Made by a program: the position numbers and the translations under genes. This document shows positions 12,791 to 24,000 of a stretch of DNA of 64,000 bases, one piece after another. How positions within the stretch are numbered: the first letter of the stretch is position 1; the number at the start of each line of letters is the position of its first letter. This DNA is from Marsupella aquatica (Eukaryota; Plantae; Marchantiophyta), in contig OZ316893.1 of assembly GCA_973895155.1 (NCBI GenBank), forward strand, positions 2,066,320-2,130,319, given 5' to 3'. The notes under the pieces are model-generated. The model searched no databases, was not told where the DNA came from, and worked only from the letters and a program-made list of their open reading frames with translations.

Positions 12791-13035
12791 TATGACACAC
12801 ATTGTGAATGTACCTCCTTTGCACATTCCAGAAAATTATGACTTATGAATGCCTCAAAACCGTATAGTCACATTATGAGTGTCGTGCATATACACATCGC
12901 TACACAATACATCGCTTATCACATACATCCAGACATAGTCACACTGCCACGTCACAAACACAAGAAAATAGAATACAAGTGGAACTCTTGTCCACACATG
13001 TCAAAAAATTCACAATTAATCTCAATAGAATTGAA

Positions 13036-13545
13036 CAGCTTTTTACTATCCTGTCCTCCAAACTAGCCGAATTTCATAACCTGCCCCCCAAACAAATTAA
13101 ATTGCTAAGTTGGCCCCCATTTTGTAGATCTGTCTAGGCATACCCAGTACATGGTCCCTGGTGCCACATGGCAAGTTGCCACTGGTCCAGGCTAAGCATG
13201 GGCAGCGTTCTCACAAGTACGGGCGAGGGGCCAAAAACGGGTCATTTGCGGGAGGGCTTTGTTCGGGCCAGCGACGGGAGCGGGAGCGGGAGGGCTTTGT
13301 TCAGGCCGGCGACGGGGAGCGGGATGGCTCTATTCGGGCCGGCGATGGGAGTGCCTCGATCGGGAAGGGGTAGAGGGGCAGGGCTTAGCCCGGACCAGTG
13401 GCGACTTGCCATGTGGCACCAGGGACCATGTACTGGGTATGCCTAAACGGATGTACGGAATGGGGGGCAACTTAGCAATTTAATTTGTTTTGGGGGCAGG
13501 TTATGAAATTAGGCTAGTTTGGGGGACAGGATAGTAAAAAAGCTG
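13036..13545. mobile_element. Mutator-like non-autonomous element (MITE) with ~160-bp TIRs and a 10-bp TSD
   Basis: TIRs cagctttttactatcctgtcc...ggtccaggctaagc and gcttagcccggacc...gacaggatagtaaaaaagctg. Identical flanking direct repeat TAGAATTGAA at 13026-13035 and 13546-13555. Confidence 0.92.
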
Positions 13546-13940
13546 TAGAATTGAATCACGATCAACGCCAACAAAACACACTCAATCCTGTCTGATCTGA
13601 TCACACACATATGTCAAGCCAACGCACCTTGCACTCAAGGAATCCACGCTACATAGAAGGAGCTCCGACCACCATAGCCACAACACGAGCTCCTCTCTCC
13701 AAGGCTCAACATTGAAAGACAACCTTTCGATGCCTCATAGAGAGAACTATCCTCTCACAATTTAAACCCAACAGAACCTTATCGGCTCATATAGCACATA
13801 TACTAAACATACAGATCTGGATAGTATGATACACTCTAACACTACCTAGAATGGTGTGACATGAGACATATAGTGATGATGTGGCCGGTACATTTTGATT
13901 GGCCCAAATGCTCTTATAGTCAGCCGATGCCCATAATAAG

Positions 13941-14010
13941 GGGGGAAGGGTCACTTGGTTAAGGGAATAGCATGAAACTCATTGGTCCTAGGTTCAATTC
14001 CCTTCTCCAC
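13941..14010 (+). mobile_element. tRNA-like sequence (tRNA-derived SINE head or tRNA pseudogene)
   Basis: GGGGAAG...CTTCTCC can pair as an acceptor-like stem. A-box-like ggtcacttggttaagg and a canonical B box GGTTCAATTCC (13991-14001). The anticodon and T arms are degenerate. Confidence 0.4.
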
Positions 14011-15293
14011 GTGGGGATGTGGAGGAGACTACCCCACAACTTCCGAAATGGGAAAGTGGCCAAGACTTCTCCCTTATTCCACACTACACTCGCTTCTTTT
14101 CTCTAAGGTGTGTCGATCTTCTCCACCATTTGGGGAAAATGGAGGTATTTGCTTAATAGACCTGCTCCTAGAGATGTTTTGCCCCCTCAAAACTTTTATG
14201 CCCCAATTGTCCTCTTTATGATCCGTACTAGGTGTTCTTTTAATTTAAGCTCTTATAAGATGAGTTTTTGGGTTAGAAGCACCAAACTAGGTCAATTGTG
14301 ATTGTATGCCTCAACCATGAACCATGCAAATGTCACCGTGGCTCAAAATGTTAGTGCAAGCGATGTTGTGGAGACATGTTGCTCCTTCTTGCACCACCTA
14401 TATATCGACATTAGGGCTATTTGGATGTGAAGACATTCACGTGAATGTCTTCACTTTGTAAATATTGTTCCGTGTTTTGCAATATCCTCTCATTACATCA
14501 TTTTCATCCACGCAAGAACGATGATGAGTTCTTCGTGCAGTGGCTTTCACGAGGCACACTAACCCACCAGAATCGATTGCATAGGAAAGCAGGGGATTGT
14601 TGTGCAGATGGTTAAATGTGGATGTCAATTTTTGGGACGTGTAAACTGAGGAGACAATGTCAGCGCACTCCTCGAACATGTAAACTGAGGAAACGACATC
14701 AGTTCATGGCCTGCATAGCCCTTTTTGCATGCATGTGGTTGAGTTTACATTGTTGAGCTTTCTTGATGTTTTGACAAGATGTATTGACCTCTGCACAATA
14801 TTGATGTGCACATTGAAGTACAAGATGGCAAGTGATGTAAGTGAACTCAATCTTTGCCGTAGAGGGGGTGTCTATGAGGTGGACATCCCCAATTTTGATA
14901 GGCAATCACCAGAAAGAGCTAGGCGGGGCTAGGAATGACACAAAGACATCTGAAAAATCTGATATTAATTTGGATGGGACAAGTCCTAAAAAGGTGAAAG
15001 ATATGTGCTTCACATTAATATTTACTTTTCTTATAAAGTTGCTCTTGTGTATGTTGTATGAATTTTCATAGATTACAAGGCTACTCATTTGAAGTTCCAT
15101 GGCTTACTCTTTGAGGTTTCATTCAAAGATGTTGTCCTTAGATGATAACACTACTCTTTGAAGTTCTTGCACCTAATGACGTTCTCCATCATGTCTTCAC
15201 ATTCTAGTATTCTATAATGCTCTTGGCAGTGGAAGCAGAGGCGACTTGTATTCATCCTACTCTTGGGATTGATCCGTTGCTCACACTAGAAAG

Positions 15294-15569
15294 CTTGGCA
15301 CAACTTTAAGCATGTCCTCCCCCATCCCCCAGTATATATTGGAACTGACCTCTCCTGCCTAGCTCTAGGATCAATCCAACTATCAACAACCAAACTAGGT
15401 GGAGATGAGTTGCAGTGAGTGTTGCTTCAATACATGATTCATTGAACAATAGATAGTTGCATACGTAGCTTAATTAGAAGACCAAGGCGCTTCTATAGTC
15501 AGTCAGTTGCACATTATATTTAGCTACCAAACCGTTCGTCCTTGTCTTTGCAGGTCCTTAGCATCTCTT
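15294..15569 (+). repeat. Dispersed direct repeat, copy 1 (paralog at 17508-17815)
   Basis: Shared blocks include cttggcacaact, cctctcctgcctagctctaggatc, actatcaacaaccaaactagg and caggtcctt(a/g)gcatctctt. Confidence 0.85.
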
Positions 15570-16402
15570 TCCAAAAGCATATACAACAACTTTGTGGCCC
15601 GTCAGTCGTACATTGATCATTCTAGTCACAAAACAGCTCTACGTCCATGCTTTCAGGTGAGTCTTCCTATCAATTGGCATCCCAAGCAACGTTCCATCTC
15701 CGGACCAGCTAGCTAGACTCAATTGCGCATGTAGTCACCGGCAAAGACCTAAGCCATTGCTTTTCAGAGCAGTGAACTCCCACAACATGCACTCCTTCCT
15801 CTTCCTTAACCATGTCCACTTATGTCTTCTGACTCCTATCCAAGCTAGATTGTAGTAACAAACATTCTCATTAAAGTTCCAAAGTACCAAAAGCCTCCAA
15901 GCCGTCGTAAACACAGAAAAGTGCCCACAAATCATTAGGGCAACACCAAGTTCTCCATGTTCCGCTTCAATTGAAAGTCCTATGACTCCACCCAAGTTGC
16001 AGGCCAAAACCCATATCAAAGCCATTGATAGCATGCAGCTTAGAGCGCAAGAGCATCTCCCATCGTAGAAACCCATTTCAGTTATCGATGTGAAGCATTC
16101 ATTAATCATTGCTCTGAAGTACGTTGCCAGCATTCATCGAAGCATTCACTAACTAAAACCATCCAACCATCCGATGCTCTTTGTGGCTCCCCAAATAACA
16201 TTTGGATTTGGCAAAGGCTTAGACAATGAGTGCACAAAAAGTTGTGCCTTGAGCTATACGGAAGGCCTAAAATTTGCTACAAAGACTTGAAATTGGTGAT
16301 CAACCAAGTTCACAAGAGAGAAAAGATTAATCACCTCCTAGTATATAAATGCCCGATTGCCATGCACGGTTATTTGTCACAAGCCCATCGATTTGGCATC
16401 TT

Positions 16403-16674
16403 GGGGGCTTGACTATCAAAAATCTTAGGAATCATGCGATCTTAAATATATATATTTTTATATAAATTAACTAAAATTTTAAAGGCAAAAGAATATATTA
16501 TAAACTCATGTTTGTAGAATATTTTCTAATATATATATTTATAAAGTAAAATAGTCAGGTTATTAATATTTAAAATTGAGAATATTTTTGACAATTTTTT
16601 TTATAAAATAGGTCTATTTATATTAAACTAGAATCACACGTGATATCCCAAAATATACGCTTAATTAACCCCCC
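16403..16674. mobile_element. AT-rich MITE-like element, copy 1
   Basis: Begins ggggcttgactatcaaaaatcttaggaatcatg and ends cttaattaacccc. An inverted homolog lies at 18501-18761. Confidence 0.7.
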
Positions 16675-17027
16675 AAGTTTGGCATTCTTAAGGCCATAGA
16701 TCAATGTCATGTATTATGCAAGGTAGTACGTGGTTGATGTCAAACCTAATGCATTGTCCATTTGGGAAGAAAACTCGGCCACCAATGTCTTTGATGATGC
16801 AACCGACCCTACAAAACCTCCATTGTATGGAGATTCTGCTAAGAATAGATCATACACCTCACTTTAAGAGTGCTTTTTGGCTCTTCTGACAAGCCATCAC
16901 TAAGTTGAAGCTCTTTTCTTTTGTGACTTTTCTTGTCTTCTGGTTGTTGAATGTATGGCATGTCCAGAGTTGTGCCTAGATTGAATATGTTTGCAAATAA
17001 ATGCTTCTCTGGATTTTTTAACAAGTT

Positions 17028-17540
17028 CTTGTAGAATTGAGGCTCCTTCTTGTGGCGTTGATCAACTTCTCCGACTAGAAAGTTTGGCTAGTCATGAAAT
17101 CCAGTGACTCTCGGCACAACTTCATGCCTGTCCTCCCCCATTACCAGCTTGGGGTTTATCAACAACCGTATCCATTCTTGCCTTTTTTGCTTTCCTTTTG
17201 CTACCTTCTTTTGATTTTCCAACTAGTCCTTGTAGGATTGAAACACCTGCACTGAGTGTCGATCCACTGCTCCAGCTAGACATCTTGGCCTGTCATAAAA
17301 TCTAGTGAGTCTTGGCACAAATTCAAGCCTGTCTTCCTCCATCTCCGACGTGGGGTTTATCAACGACTGTATTCGTTCTTGCAATTTTTGCTCTTCTTGT
17401 ATTTTTCTTGATTTTTTGACGAGTCCTTGTAGAATTGAGGCACCTGCTCTTGGGATTGATCTGCTACTCTCGCTAGAAAGCTCGGTCTGTCATGAAATCA
17501 AGTGAGTCTTGGCACAACTTCAAGCCTGTCCTCCCCCATT
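17028..17540. repeat. ~200-bp degenerate tandem repeat, ~2.5 units
   Basis: Recurring cttgtag(a/g)attga, gtcat(g/a)aaatc, ggcacaa(c/a)ttca, gcctgtc and ggggtttatcaac, with units starting at about 17028, 17229 and 17426. Confidence 0.85.
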
Positions 17541-17684
17541 CCCAACATGTCCTCCCCCATCCCCCAATACTGGCATTGAACCTCTCCTGCCTAGCTCTAG
17601 GATCGATCCGACTATCAACAACCAAACTAGGCAGACATGAGTTGCAATGAGTGCTGCTTTAATACATGATTGATTGAACAATTA

Positions 17685-17709
17685 TAGGTTTAGGGTTTAG
17701 GGTTTAGGG
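17685..17709 (+). repeat. Interstitial telomeric repeat (TTTAGGG)3
   Basis: tagg tttaggg tttaggg tttaggg. Confidence 0.85.
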
Positions 17710-18299
17710 CATACATAGCTTAGAGGACCAAGATGATTTTGTAGCTAGTCAGTTGCGCATTATATTAAGTTACCAAACCTTTTGTCCTTGCCTTTACAGG
17801 TCCTTGGCATCTCTTGCCTAAAGCAATGCTTGTATGCTAAGTAGATCTGCATATTTTGTCAGTGTTTTCATGATCTATTTGTGTTCCCACTGCAGATGGA
17901 ACACCAAGAGTTTCAAATTGCTATTCAACAGATGGCAGGATAAAAAAAACCATTGTGGAGCAGGCGTTCTCACAATGCTCCACATGTAATGTATTCCTTG
18001 TGTTTTACCAAGAATGTTTTGCTATACAATAACATCAATGTCTTCTTCCCTTTGTTTTGTATACAATGACACCATTGTCTTTTGTGTTTTCATATACAAT
18101 GACATGAATATTTTGCGTGACTGTGGATTGCAATAGCAGGTGCGTGCACCGCTTGGACCTTTGGATCCAAATACTCTCTAGAGGAACACAACCATGGCAA
18201 AAAAACCTAGGACAATCGCATAGCATAGCAACGCGTGGCTACCTAGGTTGCATGCCCCAAGGAACAATCCTGATACGGAAAAGTGAGAAATCCATCTTC

Positions 18300-20780
18300 C
18301 ACAGGAGTGTGCGGGAAATTGTCTAGGTTTAGGCCATCTCCAGAGTACAATGAAAAAGGTTTTGATTGTTCAGCCTACTGCTAATTTAGGGTCCGTTGTC
18401 ATAGACAAGCTCATAGCAGGGCGCATACCATTACCTTGTGTGATTTGAAACACACTTGTCCAACATCAAAACACAAGTGGAGGGCCGGGCCCTTCCTCAA
18501 GGGGTTAATTAAGTGTATATTTTGGGGGTACCACGTGCAATCCTAGCCTAATATAAAGAAACCTATTTTTATAGATTCCTCATTTTTAATATAGATAACC
18601 TATTTTATTTTATAGAAGGTATCTATTAGAGAATATTTTATAAACATGAGTTTATAATGCCTTCGTTTGCCTCCTACGCTTTTTAAGAATTTGGTTAATT
18701 TCTATCAAAAATGCATATTTTGGATCACACATGATTCCTAAGATTTTGATAGTCAACCCCCAGAGGGTCCTTCACAAAAAGCAATGTGGTTGGGAAATAC
18801 ATTGGCACCTATAGTATGTAGAAATCTAAAGGTGCTTGTGAAGGAATTGCAATGTGGGTTTCAGGGGGACTACCGAAAAATAGCACTTACCACTAGATGT
18901 GGCAAGCAAAACTACATACTAGATTTGCATCTTGGTGGGCAGGAGGATACATTTTAGATGAATCTGACATTGATTGTGAAGGTGAGAGAGACTGACCCTA
19001 GTGCAGTGGTTGTCTGGTCCTCAATGGAAGACTCAAACGTTCTCGCAAACATTTTCTGCCAAATATTCATTTGCTATCAGCAACACAAAAAGCATGTAAC
19101 TATATTCAACCTCTAATCTCTCTTGATACATGTCATACAAAGAATAGAATGTACTCCCACTCTATTATTCATAGCTACATGTTTTGATGGAAATTGACAA
19201 GGGTTGATTATGTGTTACGTAGTAGCTCTAGTGGAGAACACTAAGAATTTGATCTAGTTTCTTGAATTAGTTGATAGATCCATGTATGACATTGAGTCGC
19301 CTGACATGCCACTCATATTAGACCGACAAAAAGGTCTACTTGCCACTGACTGTGAGTTACATGTGGCCAGGTAAGATACATGAAGCATGTGCAAACCACC
19401 TGAGAGAAAATATCAAGGCGAGGCATGACAAGCAGCAATAGACATTTTTACAAGATGCATATATGCCAATGATGAAAAATAGTAAGTCAAAAAGCCTCCA
19501 TTGCTTTGATTCCCACAAATTTTGGATACATTCCCATATTCTTGATTTTGAATACACTAATATATATATTTCCTTTGAATACATAACGTGAAGTATGCAT
19601 TCACACAACTGTCTTCTTTGTGCATGACATGATATATTGTATGCATTAACATCAATGTTTTTCTTATGTACCTGGATCAGATATGAAGCTTGTTTGAAGC
19701 GGCTCATAGAGTTTGCAAAGACACTAAGAATGAGAATGCTGCAGACTACATCCAAACTTTTGATGAGAAACTTTATGCTAGGCGTGCCTTTCCACTTCCC
19801 CGCATGGCAAAGTCACAAGCAACCCTATTGAACTTGTAAGCAAATTTAAACTTACTCCCCTTGCGCAAATTTGCACCCTACAAGTTGATGGAGCACATGT
19901 GGGTATATGTTTAGCGTGCAAAAGTTTAAAGAAAGGAAAGCAGTTGCGTTGGCTAGACAAGAAGTACTCACTATTCTAGCTTTGCTGAGGGACAACAAGA
20001 ATCTGAAGAGTTTGGTCAATGGTAGGTAACCTTCATGCCTGGTCTTGGGTATGCATTACTAGCAAAGTCTTTTGTATACTCTAACATGGATGTCATCTTA
20101 ATAGCTACATGTTTAATTAGAATGTACACTAACATGAATGTATTTTCTATTTATATAGATTCCTAATAGCCAGCTTTTGACATCCTCAGGTGTTTGATGA
20201 TGGTGCGTCTACAACCAAGGTTCAAGTTACATTGCAGAGCAAGGAGTACCTAGTGTCACTATCACCAAAGAAGCGTTTCACCTGTTGGGAGCTGCAAGAG
20301 ATGGTGTGGCCATGTGAGTATATAATGGTGTGGGATGACCAGGAAGGCAAAACAATTTTTGCTCATTTTCACAGATGTTGGTGGACTCCTTCAATTAGGG
20401 CTTTGTATGACAATGTTTTAATTACGTAGTTTTATTGTAACACACTTAATGACAAGTCCAAATTGTGTTGCTCCTGTGGCTACTGTGAAAAGGGGCAGAC
20501 ATAGAATGGTTTGTGTTGAACAGTGTTGTGGAGGGGGGAGGCATCCACCCGGGGCTCTTGGAGAAGGCAAAGATTCTATATTTGACTCCCTTGGACAACT
20601 CTTCTTGAGATATATCCACTAGATGATGATCCTAATAGGGTGAAACCCTTTTCACCAACAAACACTATTGCTCAATTGTTCAAGTTCAAAGGGCAAAGAA
20701 CGTAGGTGCTAATACTAGGAAGTGCATGTGAAGTAAGCGTGGGCAGGTTGGACACAACCAAAGATCTTGTGATAAACTCC
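18300..20780 (+). pseudogene. Degenerate MuDR/MULE transposase (boundaries approximate)
   Basis: Motifs in the expected order despite stops and frameshifts: C-x3-C*FRVRC...LKHTC (WRKY-like DNA-binding finger, ~18370-18460), LILDRQKGLLA (~19310-19345), CANHLRENIK (CxxH, ~19390), SWIM-like VSLSPKKRFTCWELQEMVWPCEY (~20250-20320), and Zn knuckle KCM*SKRGQVGHNQRSC (~20720-20770). Confidence 0.8.
18501..18761. mobile_element. AT-rich MITE-like element, copy 2 (inverted relative to copy 1, nested in the MULE)
   Basis: ggggttaattaagtgtatattttggg ... atgattcctaagattttgatagtcaacccc is the reverse-complement homolog of 16403-16674. Confidence 0.7.
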
Positions 20781-21779
20781 AAAGTGCAAGGCCAACAGTA
20801 AGAATCTAAGAGATATAGTCTTCTTGTGTATATCATTAGTTGTGGGGTTCATGTGTGCTCTCACGTCAAGGTCTTATTCTAGTTAAAACTACCTTGATAT
20901 GCAGGTAAATAATGGTGGTGAACTCAATTTGGAGCATCCACCAATGTCACCCTTTCCTTGGGAATACGAACAAATCGCACACAATAATGGTACGTGCCCA
21001 GCTGTGAGCTTGCCTATGACAACAGACCCTAAACGAGTAGTAGGCTGAACAATCAAAACCTACTTCATTTAACTCTGGAGGTGGCCTGAACCTAGAAACT
21101 CCCTACACACTCCTATGGCAGATGGGTTCCTCGCTTTTACTGTATCAAAATTGTTCCTTGGGGCATGCGACCCAAGTAGCCACACACCGCTATGCTACAC
21201 TATTGTCCTGTAGGTTTCTTTGCCACAATTGTGTTACCTACCCGTAATACTCGATCTGCTCCTAAACGGAGTAGAGCAACTTTGCTGTCAAAACCGGTCT
21301 CATTCCTCAACTCCCGTGCAAACTACTCAGAGAAGTGCTTCACAACAGAGAAAACTAGATTACGCACACTAGACAAACACAGCGCGTTATTAAATCTAGG
21401 TCATTATCCTTACCACCAGAACCAAGTAGTTCAAATTAGTCGGGTTGTACATCATAAATATATTGTATAGTTTATGTTTTGGGTATGGAGCTCATTAACT
21501 TGACATAAATTTAACACACCACTCAGACAAACCTCCTTCTCATCCTCCAAGTCTCCTTTGCTTCCACCATTGCCATTTCCTTCACTAGCCGGCTTAGCAT
21601 CAACGCCAGATGTTCCAAGTCCACTCTCACTTTCCACCCTTTACTCTAAATGTCTGCGATCACCTTTCAGTGAATCCCGAAATGCGTAGGAAACCAAAAA
21701 GGCATCGGAGGACATAAAACTCCGAACAGCTTTTCAGTACACTCCCATTTAAGATTTTTGAATTTATAATAATGCCATC

Positions 21780-22370
21780 ATTTTTGTTATATTTACAAAA
21801 ATGTCACAGTTTCCGTATATAGTTCCCCTAGTTACCTCGGGAAACTTATCATCCATATACGTAAAGACTTTCATGACTTTTCTCTTTGTATATTTGAGTG
21901 CATTAATTCTCCATAATGCACCCCTTTTTTGAGGAGGGGATTATACAAAACACCATAAATATAGTAAAATTAAAAATTAAATATAGTTTTACCACACAAA
22001 AAAATTTAGTCAAGATCTCAAGATGATAACCAAATCTTATATGGTGATACTAACAAAATATCTATGAATAGAATCTAATATACATAAAGAAAGTATATTT
22101 TTGGCAAATTTCATAGCAATCATTTCTTGGATGACCCTTTAATTTGAATTTACTATTTTAGGGATTCACTTTTTCTTGTTTGTTGTAGAAAAGTCACTCA
22201 AGTTTTTATGTAGATTAATGTCCTAGTGTTACGGGCATTATGAAAATAATACCCTCAAAACTTGGGCTATTGCCCTCATTTTTCAGGCCCTTATATTCCA
22301 CAATGCTCTCTAACCAGGACATTATCCTATTGGAAATAGTGACATTTTTATAAATCAAAATAAAATAAAA
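21780..22370. mobile_element. Degenerate AT-rich TIR element (MITE-like)
   Basis: atttacaaaaatgtcacagtttcc (21791-21814) matches the reverse complement of ggaaatagtgacatttttataaat (22332-22355). The interior is very AT-rich. No clear TSD. Confidence 0.45.
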
Positions 22371-23035
22371 TTGTCAATTAGAAAGTTTTAGTGGCAAAGT
22401 AGCAAATACTTAAAAGCTGAAACTATGAAACGCGTTACTGCTGGTTCAGCATAAGCCGAGTTAAAGCAGCTTTGCCAAATTGCGAGTTCCTTCGAAAATC
22501 GGACGAGGAGAATGAAGAACACCGAATCAGCCTCCGATTGTATTCTCCTCTGCTGCCTATGGTACCGTACACAGCAGCAGAATCGAAGCTCGTCGGAGAA
22601 GATTTGAGTGGAAGCAGCCACAGTGGCGCTGCTGCTCACACTCTCGGAGGAATAGTGGAGTAGAGCTCATGCTGCTGCTCCTGGAATCGGCTTGGACTGG
22701 AAATTGTGATGCCTCCTGATCAAAAAACAGTTTCGGCATTAGGACCTACAGTACCCTGTGCCTTTCGAAAAGTTCTTCATTACCTTTCGCTGTCTGTCAA
22801 GGGCGAATGAACATTTTACCTCTCGATTGAACGAAAGGAGCCCAGGCGTTTGAGCACAGGGAAGCAGAGGAGAAGCGAGGAGAGGAAAGTTGACAGATTG
22901 TGTACCTTCGTAGGATTCATGGGGCCCCACACTGGTTTGCTATTTATTACCCAGTGAAGTGCTCATTTCGAGGCAACCGAAGTTGACAGACATTTTTGCC
23001 GCTCAGAGAGAGAGAGATTTAGGGGTTTGCGAGCT

Positions 23036-23221
23036 ATGTTGAAGAGGAAGCCCACAAAGATTGAGTTGAAGGACTTGGACGACAAAGAGGAATTGGAGGA
23101 GGCTCGACGCCGTGCAGCTGCTGCCGCGGCCGCTGCAGCCGCTGCCACCGGCTCCACCTTGCCTGCCGAGCCTCCCCGCCAGAAGCTCACGGTCGCTCAG
23201 CGAATTGGATTCAGCAAATAG
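23036..23221 (+). CDS. CDC26: Anaphase-promoting complex subunit CDC26 (61 aa, upstream ORF of TTM3)
   Basis: MLKRKPTKIELKDLDDKEELEE... matches the CDC26 N-terminal MLRRKPTKIxLK motif, and the C-terminal RIGFSK resembles plant RIGLS. The true ATG is at 23036; the ORF track starts at an upstream TTG. Confidence 0.92.
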   Translation: MLKRKPTKIELKDLDDKEELEEARRRAAAAAAAAAAATGSTLPAEPPRQKLTVAQRIGFSK

Positions 23222-23403
23222 CGCACACATTCTCTGTCAATGCTGAATCTATATCCGAGGTGTGTGGCATTTCTGCCATATTGAGTTTCCTCGGTGTGTA
23301 ATATTGTTTTTGTGTACATTGGGCCTTCATTCCGGAACTGTGGTGGATAAAGTCAATTGCTGTAGGTCTTGAGGGAGAAGGAAAAGTGGAGGGGGATTTA
23401 AGG

Positions 23404-24000
23404 ATGGAGATCGAGGTCAAGCTGAAGCTCTCAGGCCCGGAGGCGCATGAAAAGGTGGCAATGCTCTTGAAACCCTATCACGAGGTGACGCACATGCAGG
23501 AGAATGTGTTCTTCGACGGTGCTAACAAGGAGATGAGCTCGAGGAAGGCGGTGTTAAGGCTCCGTTTCTACGACGAAGATAAGAAGTGCGTTGTGACCTA
23601 CAAGGGGGACGCGGTGATCGAATCAGGGATCAGTCGAGGAGAGGAGCTGGAAGAGGAAATCGACGTTGTTCGGGGACGAGACTATGTCGCTTACCCTAAG
23701 CGTATTGCAATCTCCACCTGCCAATTGTTAAAGACGGTGGTCTCCAGCTTTGGAGCTACGGATTTTATCTGCTTGGGCGGATTTCGGAATATTCGGAATG
23801 TGTACAAATGGGAGGGGTTGAAGGTCGAACTGGATGAGACACAGTTTGATTTCGGAACTGCCTACGAAGTGGAGTTCGAAGACACTGATCCTAAAAGAGT
23901 TCGGCAGCTTTTAGGTAATCTGTTGGAATCGAACGGAATTGAGTACACCTATTCCACCAAATCCAAGTTCGCAGTGTTTAGATCTGGCAAGTTTGATTGA
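23404..24000 (+). CDS. TTM3: Triphosphate tunnel metalloenzyme 3 (CYTH-domain tripolyphosphatase), intronless
   Basis: MEIEVKLKL (ExExK CYTH signature), QENVFFDG, AVLRLRFY, LGGFRNIRNVYKWEGLKVELDETQFDFGTAYEVEFE, YSTKSKFAVFRSGK. Confidence 0.95.
   Translation: MEIEVKLKLSGPEAHEKVAMLLKPYHEVTHMQENVFFDGANKEMSSRKAVLRLRFYDEDKKCVVTYKGDAVIESGISRGEELEEEIDVVRGRDYVAYPKRIAISTCQLLKTVVSSFGATDFICLGGFRNIRNVYKWEGLKVELDETQFDFGTAYEVEFEDTDPKRVRQLLGNLLESNGIEYTYSTKSKFAVFRSGKFD

Noticed and set aside
14699-16133. RING-like (LQCAHQYC) and Ulp1-like (WRLLVL...YY) fragments on the minus strand
   Set aside because: The motifs are incomplete and could arise by chance in decayed TE DNA.
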